Positions 14,673 to 24,184 are shown, numbered from the stretch's first letter. The stretch is DNA of 25,811 bases from a virus (IMGVR_UViG_3300025018_000494:1-25811); one strand, 5' to 3'. Numbers and translations: made by a program. Notes: generated by a model from the letters alone, not told the origin.

Positions 14673-14999
14673 TCACCGCTGATTCTGGAGCAACGTATCG
14701 AGGCGGCGGGTCATGTCGGCGCGTAGCCCAGTAAGCTCCGATTTGAGATCGCGAAGCCCTTCGGCGATGCCCTGGGCCTGGGCTGCCTGGAACTCCTGCC
14801 GTGCCTTGATGGCGGCAACATCCGTCTCGACCACGGCAATGCGATTCACGAGAGTGTCCACGTCGGCACGGCTCGCGAGCCCGAGCGCGGTTGCACCAGA
14901 TCCGCCGCCGATGATCCCTGCCAGCAGCAACGCGGCAGATTTCAGCCATGGCGGCATCCCCGCCAGCACGGTCTGCACGTCGGGAGCATTATCGCCCAT
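14673..14999 (-). CDS. Single-TM coiled-coil membrane protein (possible lysis accessory)
   Basis: Hydrophobic Gly-rich N-terminal helix then a long heptad repeat; GGAGG SD; located after the tail genes. Confidence 0.65.
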   Translation of the reverse strand: MGDNAPDVQTVLAGMPPWLKSAALLLAGIIGGGSGATALGLASRADVDTLVNRIAVVETDVAAIKARQEFQAAQAQGIAEGLRDLKSELTGLRADMTRRLDTLLQNQR

Positions 15000-15201
15000 C
15001 GGCTGCCTCCTCGAACCTCGCCATAACGGCGTCGCGCTCGGCGTCCACCTCGCGGATGATGGCTTGAATCTCGGCTTCGGTTTTCGGCTGGCCGCGCTTC
15101 ACGCGATCCACGATGGCCGCGAGCTTGTCCCAGGGCATGCGCTCGGCCAACTCGGCCAGCAGCTTGGCAACGACGGCAATGGTTGCGGGGTCCATTTTCA
15201 T
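14989..15201 (-). CDS. Small helical hypothetical protein
   Basis: MKMDPATIAVVAKLL..., ATGA-coupled to the lipoprotein stop. Confidence 0.65.
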   Translation of the reverse strand: MKMDPATIAVVAKLLAELAERMPWDKLAAIVDRVKRGQPKTEAEIQAIIREVDAERDAVMARFEEAADGR

Positions 15202-15593
15202 TCTCCCAATTCGGCGATGATGATGGTCAACAGGGCCGCATAGCTGGTGTCCGCATCCAACTTCGCGAGCACCTTTTCGAGTACGGCGTAGCGGGTCGCC
15301 AGTTCCTGCGCTCGCTGGATGTGCTCGGCACCGGGCTTGCCGTGCCGGATGGTGTGCGACCAAGCATCCAGCAGCAGGTCTCCGGCCAACACGTAGGGGC
15401 GGGCCTTGGCGAGATCGTCGGCGTCGATCAGCCCGGCATCGTAGCTGTCCACCAGAGCCGTGACTGCGATATTGAACGCGGTCGCCGTGGCGGCATAGGT
15501 ATCCGTGCGGTCGGGCGTCCGGCAACCGGTGGTCACCATGATGATTGTGATGGCGATGACTGCGATGATGGGGATGATGCCGAGGTACTTCAT
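15198..15593 (-). CDS. Putative lipoprotein
   Basis: MKY + hydrophobic stretch + TTGC lipobox-like Cys; GAAAGGA SD; ATGA coupling. Confidence 0.7.
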   Translation of the reverse strand: MKYLGIIPIIAVIAITIIMVTTGCRTPDRTDTYAATATAFNIAVTALVDSYDAGLIDADDLAKARPYVLAGDLLLDAWSHTIRHGKPGAEHIQRAQELATRYAVLEKVLAKLDADTSYAALLTIIIAELGE

Positions 15594-16069
15594 TTCGTGA
15601 TCCTTTCGGGTGGTGATGTTATGGTCACTGGCAGTACCGGCCCCCCGGCAACTGGTAGTGTCTCGCCTCGCCGGTGAACGCGGACTTCGAGTCGATTCTG
15701 GCATGACACGCGGAAGCACTTCGCGGACGGATTGGATCCTATTCCGTCCAGTATGGCTTGTATGCCGCCTTCGTTCAGGTACTCGTCTGCCTTGATAGTA
15801 AGGATCCAGTCTGCCTGGGCGTGGCCGAGAACGAAGTTTCTGGCGTGAGCAAGGTCACCTGTCCATGTGTACACCGTTGGCCTGTGATGGTGATTGACGG
15901 CGGCGGATCGCCCTTCCAGTACCTTTGCCCCCATGGATCGGGCGAGGGCGCAGGTACTATCCGTGCTCCCGAGGTCCAGTATCAGGACCGGGACGGCCCC
16001 GATGGATTCGAGGCACTTCGCGAGACACGCTTGCGCGTCCTTCGTAATCATGGCGGCTTGTAAAATCAT
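15590..16069 (-). CDS. Glycosyltransferase family 2-like protein (short; DxD motif altered)
   Basis: MITKD...CLESI, LDLGSTDST, DLAHARN, WILTIKADE (canonical LDADE). Confidence 0.75.
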   Translation of the reverse strand: MILQAAMITKDAQACLAKCLESIGAVPVLILDLGSTDSTCALARSMGAKVLEGRSAAVNHHHRPTVYTWTGDLAHARNFVLGHAQADWILTIKADEYLNEGGIQAILDGIGSNPSAKCFRVSCQNRLEVRVHRRGETLPVAGGPVLPVTITSPPERITK

Positions 16070-16073
16070 GGTT

Positions 16074-16253
16074 TCACCCTCTTTCGGGCGGGGGTATGGG
16101 GTGAACGGGGATGCCGGTGCATGACATGCAGACGGGGCATCGGTGAATGTGGCCCTTATACAGGGCATCCAGACCGCACTCGACGATGGAGTAGCAATTT
16201 GGGCACGTGCCCCGATACTTCTCGGGTTGGTAGATCACGGTGATGGCGGTCAT
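16074..16253 (-). CDS. 59-aa zinc-ribbon microprotein (not in ORF track)
   Basis: MTAITVIYQPEKYRGTCPNCYSIVECGLDALYKGHIHRCPVCMSCTGIPVHPIPPPERG; ATGA overlap with the fibre stop; ends 4 nt before the GT2 start. Confidence 0.7.
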   Translation of the reverse strand: MTAITVIYQPEKYRGTCPNCYSIVECGLDALYKGHIHRCPVCMSCTGIPVHPIPPPERG

Positions 16254-18109
16254 GCTGTGCGCTTCCAGAAGTGGGCCACAATGTAGGGCTGTACGACAGG
16301 CGTAGCCGACAGCCCGGACGGGATGCTCGTGCCATGATGCACATGCGTACTGGATGCCGCTTGAGTCGTTGATCCGCCGCCGGTGTTGTCCGCCGTAGTG
16401 CTTGCTCCCGCTACGCCGGTATCGGCACCGCCGCCGTGGTTGTGCGATAGGTCTACCGTTTTTGCGCCGCCGGTTTCCTCGGCGGTATCAAAGTCCGTAT
16501 CGCCCGATGCGTAGCCGACCATCACGCGACCGGCCCCGAACGCGGACCAGGTGCCGAAGCCGAGTTCCGTGGCGGGGTTGACGCCGGTGATGTTTATATA
16601 CACGGCCCCAATCGGGTACACGGCAGCGGCGGTCGCCGATACGGCGGCATCCACGTACGCCTTGATGCTCTGCTGCGACGCGGCCTTGGTGGCGCTGTCG
16701 CTGGCCATGTTGTCCTCGTCCAAAAACCACGAGTGGCCGGACAGGCTCGTGACAGCCTGAATCTTTCCGAGAATATAGGTCCAGACGCGGGACATGGCGC
16801 TTTTACGGTTGGTGCCGCCCGCCCCGTCGTCAACCAGAATCAGGTCGGCATCTGCCAGGTTCGCGCCGATGTCGGTCGCCCCGTCGATGTCGACGGCGGA
16901 AGCCGGGCAGTTTGTGACGGTGGTCGCCCCGTCGCCCGAGCTGGTCACGTCGCCGGAATGATTGGGATGGCTGTAGTTGTTCGCACCCGCCTCAATCGCG
17001 TCCAGCTTCGTTTTCTCGGCGTCGGTATAGGCGTTGGTGTCGGCTTCGGCCTCGTATAGGGTCTTGATCTCGGCGCCGGTCAAGGCCGTCACCGTGCCCA
17101 TACCGTCAAGCTGCGTGGCGTACGCCGCCGACATCAGACCGGGCTGGCTGGCAGTGGCCAGCTGGACGGCGTCGCTGCCACCGGTAAGATGCGACGCGGC
17201 GTGTGCGGTCGGCGTGCGAGCGTCAACAAACCGTCCGTCGTCACCGGCGGCGACGGTGCCTGCGGTGGTGCCCACGTTCTTCGTGGCGGCGTCGCCGAGT
17301 CCGAGCGCGGCACGGGCCTGCGTAGCCGTGAGGTCCTCCGGGTCGCCGGTGCCACTACTCGCCTGTCGCCCTTTGATGGTCGCCTCGGCCATATTGGCCA
17401 GCTTGGCATTGGTGACCGCGTCGTTTGCGATGGTGGTCGCCCCGTCGCCCGAGCTGGTCACATCGCCGGAATGGTTGGGATGGCTGTAGTTGTTTGCGCT
17501 GGCCTCGATGTCGTCCAGCTTGGCAATCTGCGTAGCGGTGGCCAGCCCCTTCTGCGCGGCGGTGGCGTCCTGAATGTCATCGGTACCGTCGGTATGGCTC
17601 GCCGCGTGAGCCGTGGGCGTTCGGGCCGCGCTGCTGTCGTCCAGCGTGGCGTCGCTCACGGCGGCGTTGAGCTGCGACAGCGTGAGGGTGCCGGTCAGGC
17701 TGGTCCACGCGACCGATGCGAGGGCCACGATAGCCTGCTTTACTCGCTCCGCCGTCCACTTGCGCGCCGTGGTCGCGGTCCCGGCCTCGGCCTCAGCCTG
17801 AGACACGGTATCAGCGGACCACTGGCCGACGTCCTGCACCACGCCGTTGACCACGGCGAGCGAGGCGGCGTCTGTCAGCGTCGCGGCCTGTCCGCTGGCG
17901 GTTATCCCCGCGTCGATGGTGTGCGTCTGGCCGCTGGCGGCGACGATCAGCCGAACGCCGTTTGCGCCCTGTGTCATGGACGTGATGGTATCGTCCGTGG
18001 AGCCCTCGCCGTTGACGGTCGCGGCTCCAGCACTACCCAGCGCGAGGACGCCTGCCGCCACGGTTATGTCGGCATACGCGGTGATGGGGGTGATGTTACT
18101 CTGGCTCAT
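16250..18109 (-). CDS. Tail fibre-like protein with internal repeats and C-terminal YPIG (gp10-C/collar-like) domain
   Basis: Ala/Thr/Gly-rich; duplicated RTPTAHAASH and ANNYSHPNHSGDVTSSGDGATT; C-terminal YPIGAVYI...NPA..LGFGTW...GRVMVG...QPYIVAHFWKRTA. Confidence 0.8.
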   Translation of the reverse strand: MSQSNITPITAYADITVAAGVLALGSAGAATVNGEGSTDDTITSMTQGANGVRLIVAASGQTHTIDAGITASGQAATLTDAASLAVVNGVVQDVGQWSADTVSQAEAEAGTATTARKWTAERVKQAIVALASVAWTSLTGTLTLSQLNAAVSDATLDDSSAARTPTAHAASHTDGTDDIQDATAAQKGLATATQIAKLDDIEASANNYSHPNHSGDVTSSGDGATTIANDAVTNAKLANMAEATIKGRQASSGTGDPEDLTATQARAALGLGDAATKNVGTTAGTVAAGDDGRFVDARTPTAHAASHLTGGSDAVQLATASQPGLMSAAYATQLDGMGTVTALTGAEIKTLYEAEADTNAYTDAEKTKLDAIEAGANNYSHPNHSGDVTSSGDGATTVTNCPASAVDIDGATDIGANLADADLILVDDGAGGTNRKSAMSRVWTYILGKIQAVTSLSGHSWFLDEDNMASDSATKAASQQSIKAYVDAAVSATAAAVYPIGAVYINITGVNPATELGFGTWSAFGAGRVMVGYASGDTDFDTAEETGGAKTVDLSHNHGGGADTGVAGASTTADNTGGGSTTQAASSTHVHHGTSIPSGLSATPVVQPYIVAHFWKRTA

Positions 18110-18438
18110 TGGGCGAGCTCCTCTCGGATTGCGACAAGCGCAGCTTCGGCGGTGTCGATGTCCAGGTCGGGATCAAGCAATGCCCGGAGTTGTCCGAGGT
18201 AGGCTGTCTCGTAAAGGGCATCATGGTTGGCAGCGGCGGTGGCCAGCGATTCGGCGTCAGCCCGGACGTGGTTGCGGCGTTTACCCGCCTGCGCGGTGGG
18301 CCATGCGGCCTCGCATTCGGCCAGCGTCGGCGGCGGTCCAAGTTCGTCGTCGTACCACGTCGCCATCGCGGTCTCGTAGTCGATGGCATTACGGCATCCG
18401 AGCCTGCCGAGATAGGCAAAAACTAAATGTAAATTCAT
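18106..18438 (-). CDS. Putative tail fibre assembly chaperone (XkdW-like)
   Basis: W....GPPPTLAECEAAW motif; lies between two fibre genes; ATGA-coupled. Confidence 0.55.
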   Translation of the reverse strand: MNLHLVFAYLGRLGCRNAIDYETAMATWYDDELGPPPTLAECEAAWPTAQAGKRRNHVRADAESLATAAANHDALYETAYLGQLRALLDPDLDIDTAEAALVAIREELAQ

Positions 18439-20369
18439 GGTGAGACCTCCTCTACTCTAACCCACGCATTTAAAACCTGTGCATTTACTGGGATAGTGTC
18501 TATTTGCAACTCTATTTGCACGTCTGAAACTACTGTCAAAAATCCCGTACAGGTTAGGTAGGCGTAGGCATTAGCGTTATGAAATCCTCTGCCTTTTACA
18601 ACGTCACCAACAGCCGATCCGCCTACAACTTTTATCATCTGAGTAATAAATGAGTCTCCGACTGAATCTACCGATGACCATCCAGTTATCACATATGTGC
18701 CAGGAGGTATTGTGATTTGATTGCCCCCCATGGAAAGTCCAAAACCATCCGATTGATACATGCTACTGAGAGGAACAGTACGAAATGCTCCTGTCGTGAT
18801 AAGATCAAGGGAATCAAAATTATTTGAGGCCACGGCTACGCGCGGCAGTCCGTTGCCGCCACCCATCGTAATGGTCACCGCACCCATCGTAATGGTCACC
18901 GGGTTGATGGCAACCGGCCCGAGCTTCACGGTCCATGTACCGGTCACGGTGAATCCGGTCAGGTCAATGGCCACCTCGGTGCCGTTGAAACTGATCTGCG
19001 GATACTGTACGGCACCGGCGTTGTCGATCACCGTCACCGGGCCTCGTTCGGACACGCCACAATCCCACGTGAACACACTGGCAGTCAGGTCGCCAGAAAC
19101 GAACGTGGTTGACAAGTAGAATGTGCCGATCAGGTCGGGATCATCCGTGTCTACCGTGCCGCCGGTCCCGCGAGCCCACACGGTCGCTCCGGCATAGGTG
19201 CCGTCCGAGACGCTCATAAGCGTCCCGACAATGGTACCAGTCCACCACGACGGGCGTGACAGCGTTTCGCCAGATGAATCCCATTCCCACGGGCCGTTTT
19301 CCTCCGGTGCGGTCTGCGCCCCGAGCACGATCACGTCGCCATTGACCAGCGTTTCATCGTCCGCCGTCGTGAGCGTTGCGCCCGTGTCGATGTTGCTGGC
19401 AACGTAGACGCGAGCGGTACGGGTCCCGAATGTGCCGTCTGTGCCGTCGGCTGCGACGAGCGTCCAGTAGGTTGCCCAGGATGCACCCACGCCAGGCTCT
19501 GTCGTCGCCCCGCTGGTGTGCGCCAGGATGCAGCGATAGCTGCCAGACGTACTGCGGACGTGTCCCGAATAGATGCTGTAGTAGGTTGCCGTGGTCCAGG
19601 TAGTGACCGGGGCGAACAGGTCACTCGTGCGCACGAACCGATCAGGCGTACCGGCGCTGGTCGGGTCTGTGGCGATCAGGTCCGCAACGATGCGAAAATC
19701 GAAGGCCGGAAGGAATGTTACTTCCTGCTCGGCGGCATTGACTCCTCGATACTCGACATAGGCATCTAAGTAGCCGTTGGAGAACGTAGCGGATTGCAGC
19801 GCGTCGTACGTCACCGTCCCATCGGCTGTGCTGTCCGTGAGCGCCTCCGTCAACAAGACTGTGGTGCGGTCCTGGGCGCTGCTATAGGTCACACCATTGG
19901 CGGCGACGGTGTAGGTGCCGTCATTGGCCGTACTGCCGGAAATCGTGATGGTATCGGCGGGGATGAAGGTTGCCAGCCAATTCCCATCCAACGTTACCGT
20001 ATTGGCGCTGTGGTCTGCCGCCTGAATCGGCAACGCAATCGGGCCGAGCGGCAACGACCATCCGATCTGTCCAGACAACAGTACCGTTTCGCCGTCGTCC
20101 TTCACGGTCTGGTAGCCGTAGCACCTGGCGGCACGGGTTCGGCTGGCGCGAATGGCGGCGGTCAGGCCCGTCCATCCCGTGAGGTCTACGGCGGTTTCGG
20201 TACCATCGTCCCCAACCGCCTGCACCTGGTGAGACAGCAGAATCGTGTCGCCAGAAACGCCGACGCCGCGACGGATGACGGCATCTGTCCAGTCTCGTAC
20301 CCGAGGCTGTGCGTTGTTGCGATTGAAATCGCCAATTGTGTGGCGTGTACTCAGTCTTGCCGTGGCCAT
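18435..20369 (-). CDS. Multi-domain tail fibre / receptor-binding protein with CBM5/12-like module and AT-rich C-terminal domain
   Basis: 644 aa beta-rich; WTTATYY...YRCILAHTSG...PG....W..YW carbohydrate-binding-like module; GDVIVLGAQTAPEENGPW fibre motif; GGAG SD. Confidence 0.7.
   Translation of the reverse strand: MATARLSTRHTIGDFNRNNAQPRVRDWTDAVIRRGVGVSGDTILLSHQVQAVGDDGTETAVDLTGWTGLTAAIRASRTRAARCYGYQTVKDDGETVLLSGQIGWSLPLGPIALPIQAADHSANTVTLDGNWLATFIPADTITISGSTANDGTYTVAANGVTYSSAQDRTTVLLTEALTDSTADGTVTYDALQSATFSNGYLDAYVEYRGVNAAEQEVTFLPAFDFRIVADLIATDPTSAGTPDRFVRTSDLFAPVTTWTTATYYSIYSGHVRSTSGSYRCILAHTSGATTEPGVGASWATYWTLVAADGTDGTFGTRTARVYVASNIDTGATLTTADDETLVNGDVIVLGAQTAPEENGPWEWDSSGETLSRPSWWTGTIVGTLMSVSDGTYAGATVWARGTGGTVDTDDPDLIGTFYLSTTFVSGDLTASVFTWDCGVSERGPVTVIDNAGAVQYPQISFNGTEVAIDLTGFTVTGTWTVKLGPVAINPVTITMGAVTITMGGGNGLPRVAVASNNFDSLDLITTGAFRTVPLSSMYQSDGFGLSMGGNQITIPPGTYVITGWSSVDSVGDSFITQMIKVVGGSAVGDVVKGRGFHNANAYAYLTCTGFLTVVSDVQIELQIDTIPVNAQVLNAWVRVEEVSP
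18860..18901. repeat. Perfect 21-bp tandem duplication
   Basis: CACCCATCGTAATGGTCACCG twice (18860-18880, 18881-18901), encoding VTITMG twice. Confidence 0.9.
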
Positions 20370-20502
20370 TGTCGCGATCTCCGTGTTGCCCTACCGTAGC
20401 CCATGATTGCCCCGATGTCTACTAAAATAGCACATCATCCCACGATGCACCCAGGCTGCGCGGGCCACACCATCCCATCACTGGTCCAATCGGTAATCGC
20501 CA

Positions 20503-21459
20503 TCAGATGAAGACCCCGTTCGCGTTGCCCTCATAGGAATCACCAATTTGCACCACCGTGATGGGTGTGCCGGTCGGCAAGGTTTCATCCGCATAGACGT
20601 TCCCCACAGTAATGGTCACGTCCTCGATGGTCGCCGCGCTTCCGTAGCCGTTGCCGTAGATGTCCCCAACGTAGACCTGGCCGCTGTCCTTGCTGGTGAT
20701 CTTCGCGAGGAAGGCAGACGTCGCGCCACGAGGTGCCGGTGTCATCGGGTTGGGCTCCCATACGGTTATCTGGCCCGCGCTATTGGTGCTGATCGTGCCC
20801 ATGTTCACGTAGGCAGCACCGCTCGGCACGTCGTTGGCTGTCCGCAGTTCGAGGGTATTCGCGTCGCTCTGCCACCATACCCACTTTTCGGCGACGCTCG
20901 CGCCCGGCGTGAGTATGGGCCCGCCCTTGATTCGGATCGTGGTCGGGTTCACGGCAGAATTAACTCGCAGGTGATTCAGCGCGATTTCGCCCCCGTATGT
21001 GCTGCGCCATGACAGAACTGGCACATTGTCCACCGGCGTTGGAAAGCTGCCTGACACGTACATCGCCCATCCGTTATAGACCGGGCGCAGGCTGGTGAGT
21101 TGCGCCACCAGCGAGGATGCTTCATTGCGCACGAGCGTTGCACCGGACTCCAGCGTAATCACGTAAAACGGCGAGCTGCCGGTGTCATGCGGTTGTTCGG
21201 CGGAACGGGCGATGAATACACGCGCGTCCGATGTCGGAAACGAGAAGACCATGACGTTGACCGTCGTCGGTGCCGACGGAAACGAATCGGGCATAAGTGC
21301 CAGCCCCACGTTCCCATCCGGCCCCATCCAGGCGCGTACCGGGTAGTGCCGGAAGCGACGGCCACCACCATCCCCAGCGCCTGCCGGGTTGCTGCTGTTC
21401 TCGACCAGCCGAACGGCACGCCCAATCCGGCGGACTGCTTCGTCGTTGAAAATCGGCAT
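20503..21459 (-). CDS. Putative minor tail / tail-tip protein
   Basis: 318 aa beta-rich, coupled to the upstream tail gene; called by position only. Confidence 0.6.
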   Translation of the reverse strand: MPIFNDEAVRRIGRAVRLVENSSNPAGAGDGGGRRFRHYPVRAWMGPDGNVGLALMPDSFPSAPTTVNVMVFSFPTSDARVFIARSAEQPHDTGSSPFYVITLESGATLVRNEASSLVAQLTSLRPVYNGWAMYVSGSFPTPVDNVPVLSWRSTYGGEIALNHLRVNSAVNPTTIRIKGGPILTPGASVAEKWVWWQSDANTLELRTANDVPSGAAYVNMGTISTNSAGQITVWEPNPMTPAPRGATSAFLAKITSKDSGQVYVGDIYGNGYGSAATIEDVTITVGNVYADETLPTGTPITVVQIGDSYEGNANGVFI

Positions 21460-22370
21460 CAGTTATCTCCGGCGGATTTGAGGCCAATAGCATTGAAATC
21501 GCGCTCCGGGTAGACGCGGAATTGCAGGAATACGCGATCGGCATCGTCTGCCAGCAGGGTGCCGTTCGCCGCCAGATTCTGCGGGACAGACGGCACCTCG
21601 CCGCGAATCTCTATCGGCGTCTTTGTGCTCTGGTCGCCGCCGATATTCAGGCGGTTGTATCCGGCATTGATTGGGTAGTAGTCCCATGTGTTGACCTCGC
21701 CATCCGGCAAGTCGCGCGTGGTGGCCACCTGTATCTCGATCCGTTCCAACCAATAGGGTTCGCCGTCGATAACTTCCAGGTCTGCCGTCCACGAAACAAG
21801 TCGGCATTCGCGGGCGCTGAACTTCTGTCCAGCCAACCGACACGATTTGCTGTTCACCGTGTACAAGTAGCGGGCTGCGCGTTTGGCGTTGAACTCATCC
21901 ACGTACCGCGTGACAGTCAGCAACAGGCCCCCAATCGGCAGGCGGATCGGCGGGTCGAATTTGTCACCAGCCGCATTCTCAATGGCGTTGCCAGAGCGGT
22001 CGAACTCGCGAATCTGTTCCTCGGCCCAGGTTCCCCAGGACACATGGGCCGGGCGATCAGTCGGCAGGTCAGGTACATCCTGCGTGGTAAACGTGCCGGT
22101 CGCGGTGCGGTATTGCAACGTCACCTCATACCGCGTATTGTCCACTCCCCCGCCGTGCCGTACTTCGATGTCCACGAGCCTGTAGCCGGGGCGCGTCGGA
22201 TGCTCCTGGCCGATCGCGTACGACGCGGCAACGGTTGCCTCGACGTCGGCAGCCGTTTCCGTCGGCAACGTGATCAATGCGAAATAGCTCTCAGTGAACT
22301 TGCGGCCCTGGCGGTCGCGGCTGGCATTGTCGCCACTGTCGAGACCAGACGACTGATACAGCGTGATCAT
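21459..22370 (-). CDS. Putative distal tail / hub protein
   Basis: 303 aa immediately after the tape measure gene (ATGA overlap). Confidence 0.6.
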   Translation of the reverse strand: MITLYQSSGLDSGDNASRDRQGRKFTESYFALITLPTETAADVEATVAASYAIGQEHPTRPGYRLVDIEVRHGGGVDNTRYEVTLQYRTATGTFTTQDVPDLPTDRPAHVSWGTWAEEQIREFDRSGNAIENAAGDKFDPPIRLPIGGLLLTVTRYVDEFNAKRAARYLYTVNSKSCRLAGQKFSARECRLVSWTADLEVIDGEPYWLERIEIQVATTRDLPDGEVNTWDYYPINAGYNRLNIGGDQSTKTPIEIRGEVPSVPQNLAANGTLLADDADRVFLQFRVYPERDFNAIGLKSAGDN

Positions 22371-23908
22371 TTGAGCCCCACGGGTTTGAGTTGGGCCGCC
22401 ATGTCGCGGAGCACATCAACGGTATTCGCGGTGTTCCGGGCCGTCTCAGTGGCGGCATCCTGCCCCATGCCGTTGGCAATGCGGTAGGCCTCGACACTGC
22501 CGAACAGCGCGAGCGGGGTGGCGCGGTTTACGTTTACCATCGCGGCCACCCTTTCGGCCAGGTTGCCGGCCATCTTGCCGACGGCACCCTGCGCTCGCAC
22601 GGTGGCCTCCTGCGCCCCCTCGACGATCAACATCGGCAACCGTTCGACGGCCGACATGATGCTCTGCCCAATCGTGCCGAGATTGTCGAACGATGGCGGG
22701 CGGTCAATCGGCATGGCATTCTCACGTTTGGCGGCGGCTGCCTTCTCGACTTGCGCATTGTTGGATTTGGCCACGATCCCCACGATATTACCAATCAAAC
22801 GGGCGTTGTCGATGGCATCCGTAATGCCGATGGCGCGATCCAACTTTCCGGCAGCGTCGCCATAGTTGGCTGCACGGTCTGCCATGTTCTTCACACGAGT
22901 GGCGGCGGCTCTTCCCATTTCCGTCGCGGATTCGGCTGCCTGCCCTATTGCCAACATGGCGCGTTGCCATTTGGGCGCGGGTATATCGACGACGCCCTGC
23001 GATCCGCGGTCGACAAAGTCCACCAGCGCGGCTGTTGCCTGTACCGGTGGCAACAGGTCGGATGCCAGTCTATTCATGCCCTCGGCGGTTTTCAGTTCGG
23101 CAACATACTCGCGGATGCCGGTAATCAACGCCGGAAACAGGTCAATCGCGGTACTCATCGCCGGGGCAAGATCAGCGACGAATGACTGCTTGAGGCCACC
23201 GATACCGGTCTTGAGCACGGTAACCTTGTCGTTGAACTGTTCGACGGCAGCGCCCTGCTTCTCGCTGAGTTTCGCTCCGAAGCTGTCCAGCTTGTCGCTG
23301 GCGTCGTCAATCGCACGGCCACCGCCAGCCAGCGCTACGGCAAGCTTCGGCCCGAGTTCTTCTCCAAAGATTTTCCCAGACAGGAAGGCGCGCTGGCTGC
23401 TGTCGCGGATGTTTGCGAGGCGGTCCGCAACCAGTGCCAGGCGGCGAGCGGTCGAAAGTCCATCGAAGGACGCGGCTGTCAGGTTGAGCGCGGCGAAGGC
23501 GACGCGGGCCTCGCCAAGGCCTGCCTGGAATTCGCCGATGCGGCGATTCAGGGTGAGCACTGCACGATCAATTTGGCCGTCATTCATGCCGCCGAGGGAT
23601 CCCGCCAGCCGCAGGGCTTGGAGGTCGGCAATGCTCACCGTCATGGCGGCGGCTGATTTGGCCAGTTGGTCGATCTCGCCCAGGTTGCGCCGGACTGTTC
23701 GGGATATGGCGAATCCGGCCCCCGTAACAGCACCGGCCAAAGCGAGGTAGCCCACCTTGACCATCGATGCCATTTTGCCGACGCTTGCGCCCATGGAATT
23801 GCTGCCGTGGCGTACATCGTCCAGACCACGACGGGTCCGCTTGAGACCGCGTACCGCGTCCTTTTCGTCCGAGATAATCGGGATTCTGACAGGCTTAATT
23901 TCGGACAT
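22367..23908 (-). CDS. Tape measure protein
   Basis: 513 aa, Ala/Gly-rich helical; IDQLAKSA...LQALRLAG and KIFGE tape-measure-like motifs; follows the chaperones. Confidence 0.82.
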   Translation of the reverse strand: MSEIKPVRIPIISDEKDAVRGLKRTRRGLDDVRHGSNSMGASVGKMASMVKVGYLALAGAVTGAGFAISRTVRRNLGEIDQLAKSAAAMTVSIADLQALRLAGSLGGMNDGQIDRAVLTLNRRIGEFQAGLGEARVAFAALNLTAASFDGLSTARRLALVADRLANIRDSSQRAFLSGKIFGEELGPKLAVALAGGGRAIDDASDKLDSFGAKLSEKQGAAVEQFNDKVTVLKTGIGGLKQSFVADLAPAMSTAIDLFPALITGIREYVAELKTAEGMNRLASDLLPPVQATAALVDFVDRGSQGVVDIPAPKWQRAMLAIGQAAESATEMGRAAATRVKNMADRAANYGDAAGKLDRAIGITDAIDNARLIGNIVGIVAKSNNAQVEKAAAAKRENAMPIDRPPSFDNLGTIGQSIMSAVERLPMLIVEGAQEATVRAQGAVGKMAGNLAERVAAMVNVNRATPLALFGSVEAYRIANGMGQDAATETARNTANTVDVLRDMAAQLKPVGLK

Positions 23909-24170
23909 TCTGGCGTCCCTTCAGTTCCCGCATTGCCCGGTTTATTTGATCGGCGGTAGGTGGCGGCATGTCGTAGCTTGGTTGGCGGATGTATTTGGCG
24001 GCTTTACTTGACTGGTTCCCGACAGCTCGCAAAACGGTATCAGCGAGCAGTGCCATGTGGATGTTGTCGCGTATCGGGCCAAACGGATCCCGTTCCAGGT
24101 GCCGGATCATCCTCAGCAAATCCGCCGCAGGCCACTGTTCAATCTGGCTCGGTGGCGTACCCATTGCCAC
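23895..24170 (-). CDS. Tail assembly chaperone, gpT-like (probably expressed by -1 frameshift)
   Basis: DPFGPIRDNIHMAL motif; lies between the gpG-like gene and the tape measure gene; in the -1 frame of the upstream ORF. Confidence 0.65.
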   Translation of the reverse strand: MAMGTPPSQIEQWPAADLLRMIRHLERDPFGPIRDNIHMALLADTVLRAVGNQSSKAAKYIRQPSYDMPPPTADQINRAMRELKGRQNVRN

Positions 24171-24184
24171 CGCAATCTGACAAA

